Below, one piece after another: positions 37,770 through 50,219 of a stretch of DNA of 64,000 nucleotides. The notes below the pieces were generated by a model, which searched no databases, was not told the origin of the DNA, and saw only the letters and a program-made list of their open reading frames with translations. A program made the position numbers and the translations under genes. This DNA comes from Adineta vaga (Eukaryota; Animalia; Rotifera), in assembly GCA_021613535.1 (NCBI GenBank), contig CP075492.1:3844001-3908000 (forward strand), read 5' to 3'. Each line of letters starts with the position of its first letter. Within the stretch, counting starts at the first letter, position 1.

Positions 37770-38771
37770 ATGTCAATTTCAACGATAGATCTAGTGATCG
37801 TTGCTCGTCAAATTCTTATCTACGGAGGTTTGATTCTCATTCTTCTTGGAATGTTCAGTTCATCAATGGTCTTTCTCATTTTCATCCAACGACCATTGAA
37901 TCAAAATCCATGCTCAGTATACATCATCGTCAATGCTGCTCTTTCATTTCTTTTTCTTCCACTCTATTATCTACCAAATATTATGACTTTTGGCTTTCAA
38001 ATTAATTGGCTTGCACTCAACACTCCATTTTGTAAATTTCAAATGAGTTATGGTGCATTCACTGTTGCATCCGTGTTCGTTATGAATTGTTTTATTTCGT
38101 TTGATCGTTATGCAATTTCATCACGTTCAGTTCGAATTCGATCTATGAGTTCAAAGAAAAATGCAAGAATTCTAATTGTTATTGGTCTTCTCTTAACCTG
38201 GTGCTTGATCGGTATGCCAGTAGCGATTCTCTTTGAAAATATTCCACTTGGCCCTTCTGGTCCATATTTTTGTACATCAAAATCTAATCTGTTCTTACTC
38301 TTTGCTGCTCTTGCTTTTTTTCCAATTCTTGAAGGAGTCTTACCAATCGTTTTAGCCATCTATTTCTGGTTTATTACGCGAAAACAAATTCGAACATTGA
38401 ACAATCAAGAATTCGTTCAAAGATTTGATAAACAAATCAGTCGAATGTATCTATTTCAAATCATCACCAATGCTATTGCATCATTTCCATTTGCAGCAAT
38501 AAATCTCTATCGATCATTAACAATACAAGTCATTCGGACGCAAGATGCAGAGAATATTGTTCAATTTCTTCGTCTGATAGCAATTTGGTTATTTTACATT
38601 CAATATTGTACTGATTGTTATATTTATCTAATTACATCAAATGAATTTCGTGGACAATTCACAAAAATATTCGTTTCTTTACTTAGAAATCGTAAGAATC
38701 GTGTTACACCGATTCAAACACATGCATTGACAATACCAAATACGAACAAAATTAATAAAATAACCATATGA
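37770..38771 (+). CDS. Rhodopsin-family (class A) GPCR, intronless
   Basis: Seven hydrophobic segments, C at the TM3 start (PFCKFQ), an SFDRY motif, and YIYLITSNEFR after TM7. Confidence 0.88.
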   Translation: MSISTIDLVIVARQILIYGGLILILLGMFSSSMVFLIFIQRPLNQNPCSVYIIVNAALSFLFLPLYYLPNIMTFGFQINWLALNTPFCKFQMSYGAFTVASVFVMNCFISFDRYAISSRSVRIRSMSSKKNARILIVIGLLLTWCLIGMPVAILFENIPLGPSGPYFCTSKSNLFLLFAALAFFPILEGVLPIVLAIYFWFITRKQIRTLNNQEFVQRFDKQISRMYLFQIITNAIASFPFAAINLYRSLTIQVIRTQDAENIVQFLRLIAIWLFYIQYCTDCYIYLITSNEFRGQFTKIFVSLLRNRKNRVTPIQTHALTIPNTNKINKITI

Positions 38772-39431
38772 GTTTATCAGAAATACATTGATTTTTTGAT
38801 TGAATTTTTGAACGTTTAGTTTTCAAAGAAAGAAATATATGTTTTTTTTCGACATCTAATTAATTTCTAAAGCTTATTCAATCGTTGAAATGAACATAAA
38901 GTCATAATATCAGAGATGCTTTTTATTATAGATGTCGCTAGTTGCGAACATATTTACAGGTAAGAAATATTGTTTATGTTTTCATAAAGGAAAACTTTAC
39001 CTGAGAAAATCATTCATGGAGAACTGAGAATAAATGTTGTGCATGACTATGATTGTGAAAATCGTTCATTTTTGCATATTTTGTAGTTGGCTATATATAT
39101 ATATACAGACACAGTTCCGAGTACTTTCTAATTGTGGTTTCTTTCTGACCAGAATAATTTATCTTTAACTTTGAGAATGATAAAATATATATTAGACATT
39201 AACTCGACAAATGATCATCATTTCTTTTGTTTTTTTTACAAAGAATATCTAATTGTTTTGATATGACCTCTTTTCTTTCAGTATCCTTTCATAGGTGAAA
39301 CAAAGAGAACCAATAAGAAAATATCAAGTTTAAGCTTAGATAAAGATTATAAAAGCTCTACATATAGAAATACACACACACTTGATCTTTGTTATTTCTC
39401 TTATCTTTTATATTTTGAGAAAAGAAAAACG

Positions 39432-40554
39432 ATGTATTCACGTCCAGCAAGTCGTTTAATTGGCACATTTGCACGTCGAACATTTACAAATCAAGCACGT
39501 AATAATGGTCGACAACAGCAATATCAATGGTCACGTGCACGATGGAATTATGCTCGTACAGCTACAACTGGTTTGGCCGCTGTAACATTATCCGGTGGAA
39601 TTGCTTTTGTTTTAAATGCATCAACTGCACCAAGTGATAATAAATTAGCCACACCATCCAAAGTTGATTATAATGAAGTACGAAAATCGATTGCTGCATT
39701 ATTAGATGATAACAATTTCGATGATGGAAGTTATGGACCATTATTTGTTCGATTAGGTTGGCATGCAAGTGGTACTTATTCACATATTGATTCAACAGGA
39801 GGATCCAATGGAGGTTGTATGCGATTCGAACCCGAAAGTAGTTGGGGTGCAAATAAAGGTTTGTTATTTCAATTGAAATAAGTTGTATTTAATTATCTTC
39901 AATTTAGGATTACATTTGGCACGTGAACGTTTAGAAAGTGTTTATCGTGCACATCCTGGTTTGACATATGCAGATTTATATACATTAGCTGCTGTTGTTG
40001 CTATTGAAGAAATGGGTGGTCCAACAATCAAATGGCGTCCAGGTCGAGATGATCATAAAGATGGTAAAAAATCACCTGCTGATGGTCGTTTACCAGATGC
40101 TGCTCAAGGAGCTCAACATATTCGAGATATTTTCTATCGAATGGGTTTTAATGATCAAGAAATTGTGGCTTTACTTGGCGCTCATTCCTTAGGACGTTGT
40201 CATAAAGATCGCAGTGGTTATGATGGACCATGGACATTTTCACCGACAACTTTTTCAAATGAATATTTTCGTCTTTTATTAGAAGAAAAATGGCAACTTC
40301 GTCGTTGGAATGGTCCAAAACAATATGAAGATGTGCAAACTAAAACATTAATGATGTTACCAGCTGATATGGCTATAATTGAAGATCCTGAATTTCGTAA
40401 ATATGTTGTTCAATATACTAAAGATGGTGATAAATTTGCCAAGGATTTCGCCGCAGCTTTTGAAAAATTATTAGAATTAGGTGTTGCTTTTAAAACAACT
40501 GATGGAAGTACTCATGGAAAAAATGAATCATTCTGGAAACGAATTTTCGGTTAA
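39432..40554 (+). CDS. CCP1: Mitochondrial cytochrome c peroxidase (class I heme peroxidase), 2 exons
   Basis: Arg-rich presequence plus hydrophobic sorter. Motifs [37 protein letters not shown] and LMMLPAD. Intron 39859-39907. Confidence 0.93.
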
Positions 40555-41121
40555 ACAACTATGACACTTCTTTTTTCATTCATTGTGATGCTTTTTTTCT
40601 GGTGATTGGGTTTTTTTATAACAAAATTTTTATTCAAAAAATTTGACTTTTTGATTGTAGTTAGGCGAAAATAACGAATAGGTAACGAGCTTTATCTTCA
40701 GTGAATAAAACATGAAATGTCTTTTAAATTCTTAGAAATCTAATTGTATTCAAATGAATTATAGTGCTATGAAAAAATAATGAAATCAAACTATTAAATT
40801 AATATTGGCATCGATTCAAGTATCTATCGTTCTTTGATATTTTAAAATAGAACAGAAAGTTTTTTTTTAATATTTGTTTTTAAATATGTAATTTACTGAT
40901 TTGTCAATATAACTATAATTCATAGAGTAAAGATATGTGTGTAATCAATAGAAAAAGAAATTAACAAGACTATTTGCTTTTTTTTATATAAACCTTCTTT
41001 TAACTTACTCATTTCGTTATTTTATAAAATCATTACGAAACGAAGGTTACTCAAATTTGATACAGTTCGTTTTATTTTACGAAACAAATTGTTCATTCTA
41101 TCGTTCAAAATCTAAATAAAT

Positions 41122-42014
41122 ATGTTGATTTTTACGCTTTTTATTACATATCTTCTTACAACACGTAATATCGTTGCAGCAGCTGATGAAGAAGGAAAAG
41201 GTAAGTTGTTTATTAATGAGCAGTCAATTTATACAAAAGAAGAATTCGATAATATTCTTTGTAGGAGCTTCAGCAAGTTCAACAGATGTGAGTGTTGGAT
41301 GTTTTTCAAGTGATTCATCTGTTGTACTTATGAATGGTGAACAAAAGCAAATTGATTCTCTTCGAACAGGAGATCAAATTCTTGCTATTGATCAGTTCAA
41401 TGTTCGTCCCAGTGAAATGTTCATTATGTTAGATAAAGAAACATCCAAAATCGGTAAATTAATTTCTATTCAAAGATTTAAAAAAAAAAGGAACCTTATC
41501 ATTTCTAGCGACATTCTATACGTTTCTTACTGCTTCAAATCATCAAATTAGTTTGACAGGTCTTCATTTAATTCCAATTGTATCTTCCAATCATAAAATG
41601 AATTATACTGCTGCACGCGATATCAAATTAGGTGATCAATTTTATGTATTCATCAATGATCATCTCGAATCTTCTCCAGTTGTTAATATAACAATTGAAT
41701 TAAAACAAGGATATTTCGCTCCATTAACAATGACAGGTAAATTTGACTTGAAATTCAATTCGATTTATTTTCTTTTCTGAAATTAAGGAACTATATTAGT
41801 AAACAATATCTATGCTAGTTGTTATGCATCTGTAACCAATCATGAATTAGCACAGATGTTTATGTCTCCATTTCGTTGGTATTATCAATTGATGAAGTTA
41901 ATTTCTCGAAGTGAACCATTCGATAATAATCAATCGAATGGAATACATTGGTTGATCAAATTTATCTATGATATTATAAGTATTATTCAGCCTTCAAGTT
42001 TACAACTTTCATAA
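41122..42014 (+). CDS. Secreted Hedgehog-type Hint/Hog autoprocessing protein with minimal N-terminal cargo (4 exons)
   Basis: Signal peptide, then ADEEGKGASASSTDVSVG|CFSSDS, IMLD, LTGLH and GYFAPLTMTGTILVNNIYASCYA. An SRR-like tail follows: HELAQMFMSPFR...GIHWLIKFIY. Confidence 0.88.
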
Positions 42015-42297
42015 AGGATATAAATATCTATTTTTGATCGTAATGCGCACACATGTGTTTTGATTATTCTATATACTAATTCACGCTCTTTTTCTTCTTT
42101 TGCTTTTCAATAAAAAGACATTTCATGATAAAAAAAAACAAATCTATCGACATTGGTATTATTCTCTACGAAGAAAAAAGATGTCTTTTCTTTCATCAAT
42201 GCCATTTGTGTCTGAGATAGGATAAGGAAAGAAGAGAGAAAAAAAAACGTCGAAAAAGATACAATATAGTTATTTGTCAGTTTTTCGGAAGAATACG

Positions 42298-42795
42298 ATG
42301 AATAAAGACATGTCTCGAGAAATTGATATGTCATCAAGTACATTTCGACCACCCGTTGTTCGAACGATGTCGATGCCAAATACGTCAACGTCACCATTAG
42401 CTCATAATCCATGGTATCGACAAAAATTCGAATTTGTATGTATTTAAGATACGTCATTGTTCAGACATGAAATATTTTTTATCTATGGAAATTTAGTATC
42501 GAGATGTTATTGAAGAAAAAGTACGTGACGAATACCCTGATGTACCAACAACATATAAATTAGAACCGAATAATATCGAACAATCAACAACGAAAGGTTA
42601 TGATTTGGATTTTCCAGTAAATGACTTTTATTATCTATTTTTTTTTCTAATCAAATATTTTACTCATAGATTGATCTTCATGATGGTAGAAGTACAATTG
42701 TTTCTGTTGCATATAGTTCAGGTGGTCGACCACCTTATTCAAAGGAAGAACGTAGCAAACTTGTTACCATTCGTCAATATACGACTGAAAATTAA
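42298..42795 (+). CDS. Hypothetical small protein (~127 aa, 3 coding exons), absent from the ORF track
   Basis: MNKDMSREID...NPWYRQKFEF|YRDVIEEKVRDEYPDV...YDLDFP|IDLHDGRSTIVSVAYSSGG...RQYTTEN*. Both introns are phase-0 GT-AG and of typical short length. Confidence 0.65.
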
Positions 42796-43206
42796 ACTAA
42801 GGACAGTTGAAAATAACGTTTATGCATTGAATCTATTTAATCATGATATAGAAAGAAAGCTTTTTGTATGTTGATGAATATGGAGTTTGTCGAGGTGAAA
42901 TCTTGACTTTCATACAATCTATAATTTGATAATATCTTTGTATTATATTCTCATAATATGAAACTTTGTGAAATCAATGTTGACTTCAACGAACATGATA
43001 TGTTTATCGATCTATGTGTACATGATAATCTTTGTCGAACGTGCGGGTTAAGATAAAGAAATTTGATTATAACTATGACAATATTTGTTTTCATTTAATC
43101 AAAAAACTAAAAACTTCGATCTTCTCTGAAATTTTACGAGAATATAAAAAAAGCTTTGTTTCTAAAAGAATATCCTGATAAATCTATTTTCTAAATTAAC
43201 ATATAG

Positions 43207-46200
43207 ATGATGAATGTCATTCTTATCATTTTATTCCTATGTACAACATCATCTGGTCAAGTTTTACTTTATAATACTGAAAATGGTCAAGCGATCAACA
43301 AATTTGATTGTATTTATCATGTATACAATGATGGAGAAGAGATTCCGTATTGTCGACGAACTGAACAAGATGTAGTACTCAATCGAACGACAATAGTATG
43401 TCAGAATGATGGGGAAATTTTCTTTTTTCGACATTTAATCATGCAGAAAGTTCATCCAAGTGATGTTCTGAAGTGGAGTTCAAGTTTGGAAATCGCCGAT
43501 AAGTATGCTCGATTTTTCTATAATGAAACATTCATTGATAACATTGATGATCATTACGTATGCAATTGCACAAAACATGGTACCTTTGGCAAATTTTGTG
43601 AATATCAACTGACACATAATGCAAAATCATTTCAAGATTCTATTCATATTCAATTTCAAGAAAAACAAACTGGTGATTCATGGAATACACAAAGATATGG
43701 ACGTATTCTATGTTATACAACATTGATGTGTGACTCTGGTTTATTGTGTTTGGATTGGCGAGATATTGATGATGGTATACAAAGATGCTCGGGTGGATAT
43801 GATGAAGCAAATGCAGATCTTTTGGAATTTAATGAATGTAAAGAAAATGAATATCGATGTACGAATGGCATGTGTATTCCTGAAGAATTTTGGCTCGATG
43901 GTCAGTTTGTGTTTTCATTAGTTTTGTTTTGTTTTCTGATTGAAATCATCTCTGTATAGGCCACGTTGATTGTATGGACTGGAGTGATGAACTGAGAGAT
44001 GATTTTTCAAAATCATGTTCATTCTCATCGAATGCAATGGAATGTGATGAACATATATGTCCTCGTCAAAGTTTTTCATGTGGTGATGGACAATGCATTG
44101 ACTGGATAACTCGAATGAGTTTTCCGGCAATAATACTACCGGAAAATAATTGTTTCAATAAGCGAAATTTAAATCATATGTGTGAAATCAATCCACATCA
44201 ACCTACTTGGACACTTTCAAATGGATTATGTATACCAGACAAAGACTATGATGATTTTTTGTTTCCATCATGGAATAGAATCAATTCATCGGACTTGAAC
44301 AATGATGAAATCTGTACATATCTATTACGTTGTGCTTTATCTGATGGTTTAGAACGAGATTGTCCATGCAATCGTTCAAGATGTGTATATTTCATGGCAA
44401 ACATCTGTTCAAATAATTCAGTATTTATTTATCCAAAATCGCCATTAATTAATCCGAATGTTTTATTCTATTTTAAATATGATTTTTATAAAAATCTAAT
44501 CATTGATGGTATACTACTAATTGGAACTAAACAATGTCATAAACATCTAGTAACAATAAAAGAATATACAATAGTTCCATACTCGTTGGCGACAATTCAA
44601 TATTCTATCATTAATCATATATTTTGCACTTTGCCAGATCAATATGTAAATAAGAGAAATTCTTCTTCAGATTCTGTATATCAACATCCATGTTACGATA
44701 ACTCCTCCGCTCTTAACGAACATCTATCTGCGATTACTGCGTATATGTGTAAAACTACCGGTCAATGTATTTCACAATATCGAATAAACGATGGAATTGT
44801 AGATTGCTTGACTGCAGATGATGAAAACAAAAATGTGGAACAAAATTTATGTACCGGAAACGTGGGACAACATCGTTTTCAATGTTTTTCTCAAGAATAT
44901 AAATGTCTGCCACTTTCCGAATTAGGTTCAGGACTAGCTCAATGCTTGAACGGTTATGATGAACGAATATATGGTCGTGGTCTATCTATCAGAGAACGTT
45001 TCCAATGTCAACCAGAGAATACTGAAGATTGTAATCATTTGAAAACTTATATTCGTCAATCATCAAATATGAATCCTATTAAACCTGAGCTATCGTTTAA
45101 TCGGACAACGGAAAAGATATCTTTTCGCTCATATTGTGATACTCACTGGGATTTAGATAATCATATTGATGAATCGCCTACTATGTGTCAGCATTGGGTA
45201 TGTGAACCTGATCAGTATCAGTGTCGGACAGGTCAATGTATCAAACTTGAATGGGTATGTGATGGTGAATGGGATTGTTCAGATGCAACTGATGAAGAAG
45301 CTCTACTTAGTATTACACATTGGTCAGTACACAATACTCATTTAGGTAATTTAAAACCTCTCATCGACAAATGTCTGCAACTATACAGAAACGCGCCTTT
45401 TTCTCGTCTATGTGATATATCTTCTGAATTTGCATGTTATCGATCCGATGTATTGAATCCTTTGGACCTTGCAATGAATCGACCATGCATCAAACTCACA
45501 CAAATCGGTGATGGAGTTGAAGATTGTTACAATGCTTATGATGAAAAAAATACATTTCAAAGCATGTCAGATAAGAATCAAATGTGGGGCTTTCATTTAC
45601 GTTGTGGAAATCATTCACAATCTTATTCGCATGCGTGCTTACCCGAAGAAAAAAGTGATTGTACAAAGATTCTTTGTTCGAATCATCGACATGATAATGA
45701 ATCTTGTTCGGGCATCAACGATGCGATATGCCTCGATGGAACTTGTATAAAAAATGGACGATGTAATGGATTGATGGATTGTGAGTTCGGAGAAGATGAA
45801 TATTGGTGTCCAGTAAATGTGTTTACAAACCATGTTGACGAATATCGTGAATATAAAAGAGAAACGCACAAGCCAATTAATCTTAATCTCTTGCCACAAT
45901 TTCCATCAAAGATTCATCGAAAGCAAATATTTAAGTCTAATAAATTGAATATTCGAAATAGAAATTCTTCTCCAATGCTTTCATACATATGCAATCGAGG
46001 CATAGCTGTTCTTGAAATGGATAAAATTGTATGTCTCTGTCCACCTGCATATTATGGTCAATTCTGTGAATATTATAGTGATCGAATTAGTATTATCGCT
46101 CAATTGGATCAACAAACCGTAGTAAAAAGTACATTGAAGATTCGAGCAAAATTTCTTTACTATAGTCAGATCATTGATGAACATGAATTTACAATTATTC

Positions 46201-47644
46201 CAACTATTGAAAAAGAAAAATCGATTAAACATAAATTTTATCTTCTCTATTCCCGTTCAAATCAAATGCTTGCAGAAAAACGTCGTCGTTATTTCAATCG
46301 AACGTGGCTGATTAACGAGCAACCTTATACTGTTCTCTTCGATGTTTTCTCGCTTGAAAATGATCATGGAATCAAAGAATTAGGTTCATGGCATTATCCA
46401 ATCTATCTCGATCATTTGCCAGCTTATCGTCTAGCTGTTATGCTGAAGTTTCCAACATGGATAGCAAACAAAACAGATCATCCCTGTGCTAATAATACTT
46501 GCAATCAAAATTCTACTTGTATGCCAGTATTGAATCAAAAGAATACTTACTACTGTTCATGTAAAAATGGATTTTATGGAGCTAATTGCGAGTTTCATGA
46601 TCAACGTTGTTCAACATACTGCTCGAACAATGCTCTTTGCCATTATCATAATATTAGAGAAAATCCTACGTGTCTTTGTTCAAAAAGTTATTATGGTCCA
46701 CAATGTAATTTAAAACGTGATGAATGTGATACTTATCCATGTTTTAATAATGGAACTTGTCTTCTCACAAATGATTCTAGTGGAGAAATACCTTACATAT
46801 GTCTTTGTTCAAATCATTTCTATGGTAATCAATGTCAATACAAACCGAGGTCTGTTTATATTGATTTACTTATGAAAGATCCAATAAATATTCATGCATC
46901 TATTATTCAATTGTACGACATCGATACATCAGACTATCAACTTCTTCTCCGACATCAACAAGTACATCATGGCCTACCATCGAAAATTATGTATTCCCAT
47001 TCTAAACTTCATGCGCCTGCACTTGGTCTTTTGAAAACCTACGAAAATCTTACACACCCTCAATATTTCATAATGTACGTCTTAGCACAAACAACTATGA
47101 TCAATATAACTTCCTTTCCACAACATTGTCCTCATATATCAGTACTCCTCTCCCCTGGTAAGCTACTTCCATCTCGATCTATTGATTCATTCAATATGTT
47201 TTTTTCTTCTCATCTACAGATATAGTCAACAATGTTGATTCCACTCCATTTCTCTATCATCAACTTTGCCACAGTAATACCTCACTTCTATGTTTCTCTA
47301 CTGACAATTATATCTGTGTATGCCAATCAGATCATTATCGAGTCGAATGCTTCAATTATGATACTCATCTGGATCAATGTAATTATTGCCTTTCAGATGG
47401 AAAATGTTTACAAGGTGATCGAAACGATCCAAATGATTTCATATGTATTTGTCCTTCTTCTCATTACGGATCTCATTGTCAATTCAGTATCAATCAACCA
47501 AACAGCACAACAATTGTGATGAACACATCGACTACAACATTCGAGTCACCATTTAACAATACTTCGAAAACAGCACAGCTTAATTACACATTAATAGTTC
47601 TCTTCATTTATGGCGTTGCTTTGCTTATTTTTAAAAATTTCTAA
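43207..47644 (+). CDS. Large secreted/GPI-type LDLa + EGF repeat protein (3 exons)
   Basis: Signal peptide, multiple LDLa repeats (CRTGQCIKLEWVCDGEWDCSDATDE) and EGF repeats (CLCPPAYYGQFCE). The last exon ends in an S/T-rich stalk and the hydrophobic tail TLIVLFIYGVALLIFKNF*. Confidence 0.85.
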
Positions 47645-48121
47645 CTCCGCACTTTCATACTCATGTTTTTATTCCGCTTCGTAGCATCATTTACCTCTCT
47701 ATAAACGAATATTTTAACAAAAAGACCGTCGACAACGCTTTTTTTAAGTAGCTTTTTCTTTCTTCATCTTATTTAATAAATAACAAAAAAAGATCTTTTC
47801 ATTCTCCAAGTGATAGAACATTTACTGAGTATATATGCTACGTTAACGATCGTTTTGATTCTTGTATCTGATAGTCATCCGATTGCATGCGATATAGATG
47901 ATCAACACATTCGACAAAATATCAGGATTAATGAGAAAATTACCTTAAAAAGTGGAGCAATATTTGAAACGTCTATTGTTTGATATAATGTGATTGATAA
48001 ACTAACATTAAAATCAGATCGATGGTGAGACACGCGACGCTCGTGCAACGTTTCTCCATCACGTTCTATTCATTTCATGTTAAACGTTGAATTTCGTTTA
48101 CCATTTTACGATGGTAACTAA

Positions 48122-48145
48122 CATTTTGAAATGACGTATTGAAAA
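48122..48145 (+). promoter_or_regulatory. Conserved upstream motif with CRE-like TGACGT (copy 1)
   Basis: cattttgaaatgacgtattgaaaa is nearly identical to 52783-52806 upstream of the paralog, within otherwise diverged flanks. Confidence 0.45.
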
Positions 48146-48547
48146 CTAAACAGTGCAAGGCGTCTATCATCTATTGTTACTAAAACAGATTTGCTATTTT
48201 CATCCTCTTGAAATGCAATCGTTCTGAGGTATAGTTTCTCTTTATTTCTACCATAGTAATTCACAAGGTTGAATATAAAGCTATCAACTGTTATTGTGTT
48301 ACTATGTGAAAAGAATTCAATCAGCATCGCTTTCTATATAAGATGAAGTAGACAAATAAATGCAAAAGCATTTTAGTGTGCTGATTTGACTTTCATAAAA
48401 AAATATCAAAATTAGACTTAGTGTTTTGAATTATCCAGTTCATCCAATGATGAATAGACCTCCACTACGACAGGTATAGTTTTACAACGTATGGTTTCGA
48501 TTGAGATTCTTCTAAAAAAAACTCGATGTCATATCATTTAGTTCCGA

Positions 48548-49752
48548 ATGCAATCGCCTTCTATGAAAAATGCAACTACACCACGACAAGTCCAAGTCAA
48601 TATGAATAATGTTCGAGAAGCTCAAGAAGATCTTCACGGGTTTGTAATCGATGATCACCTATGACAAAATGATAGATTTGATCAAATTTTTAGATCGAGA
48701 CGACGTGCGGATTTATTTCTTAAATGTTTTCTCGGCTCACTTGCCGTACTTGCTATACTAGCTGCAATAATTCTTCCAGTCTCTCTCATACTTGTATTAA
48801 AACCAACATATACTAGCGATACAACTTCGACAACTACAGGAACTACAAGTTAGTTATAATCTCGTTACAGTGCAATATTGATCCTAAAATATACGTTTCT
48901 TTTTCAGCAACTGTCACATATGCAGCTGGTTATACTCTAACGTCATCATCTACATGTGTAAATACAATGATAGATTTTAATAACTGTGGAATAGTTGGTT
49001 ATGTTTGTTCTTCAAACTATACAAGTTGCTCAGCTGGTGTCTGTAGTACAAGTCCACCTGTAATGCTTCCTGGTGCTGTTGCTGCTCCTGGATTGAATAG
49101 TTCTGTTAGTAATATTGATGATGCAACTACTGTGATTACACTTCCATTAAATATTACTTTATACAACTATACAACGAATATCATAACTGTAACAACGAAT
49201 GGAGTAAGTTCTTCGTACATTTTAACAGACGACAATATTAATTATACGTTTTTTCTGAAATTTAGATTGTATGTTTGAGTTCTTGCTCCAATGCTTATTC
49301 AAACACTAATTTACCAAGTAGCAGTTTTGGAGGACCTACAGTATTTGGTCATTGGGATGATTTATATATTGCTGCTGGCACTTCTCAAACAATTTATTAT
49401 GCAATTAGTGGAACAGCACCAAATCGAATAACAACATTCGAATTTTACGAAAGTCATTATAGTTCACCAACACAATATTATCATTTTCAAATTATATTCA
49501 ATGAAAATCAACCAAATACTGTCACATATTTCTACTTTGACGTGTTCAGTGGCGTGGTGGTTCAGCAACAATTGGTCTTCAAGGTAGGTTCTTTGTTATT
49601 TGTCAAAAAAACATATGTATTTCTTTTTCATTTTAATCAATGCAGCATCATCAACAGGACCATCGATGACTTATTCATATAATGTAGCCAATGCTGTCTC
49701 TTATAATACTTCATTAACCTTTAATACCATTACTGGCACATTTTCTGGTTAA
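48548..49752 (+). CDS. Type II TM protein: Thr stalk - STIG1-like Cys motif - NIDO-like/bacterial beta-domain (copy 1; 2-nt frameshift near 49555)
   Basis: TM segment FLGSLAVLAILAAIILPVSLILVL. Motifs DFNNCGIVGYVCSSNYTSCSAGVC, DDATTVITLPLNITLY, GHWDDL and SGTAPNRITTFEF. Relative to copy 2 there are 2 extra nt before the ATIGLQ exon end. Confidence 0.72.
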
Positions 49753-50219
49753 GAAACCATACATAAGCAAACTTAACAGTTTCTCTCTTTTTTTTTATTC
49801 ATAAAAACGAATAAAATTTGAAAATGTCAGATGAAAATATCTCTACTATTGATCTATGACTAAAATTCATTGATACTATTTACGTTACTCATCAGATACT
49901 TATTGCAGAGTCCACAGCAATTGTTTTTATATTACGATTATCAAGTGAAGGTTTTCATGGACTTAAAAATTTGTTCTATTTAAAACGAAAAGTACCTATA
50001 TAAAAAGTTGATCTTACCTTTAAATATTTTCTTTCTTCATGTATGTTATCAAATTCCGTTAGTCAACAATAATATTTAAAGAAGGATTTGTTTTATCTAT
50101 TATTCATCATTGACAACATACACATAAGTATAACAAACTTATAGTTTCTATATATATATATTTCTATTAGCGAAAGAACCAGCAAATATTGTATGAAATA
50201 GAATAAAATAAATACTACA

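Noticed and set aside
41280-41830. Intein (mobile protein-splicing element)
   Set aside because: It lacks the C-terminal His-Asn and an endonuclease, is split by spliceosomal introns, and has a signal peptide and SRR. It is a Hedgehog-type Hint domain.
48640-48692. Apparent premature TGA in paralog copy 1
   Set aside because: It falls inside a canonical GT-AG intron matching intron 1 of copy 2.
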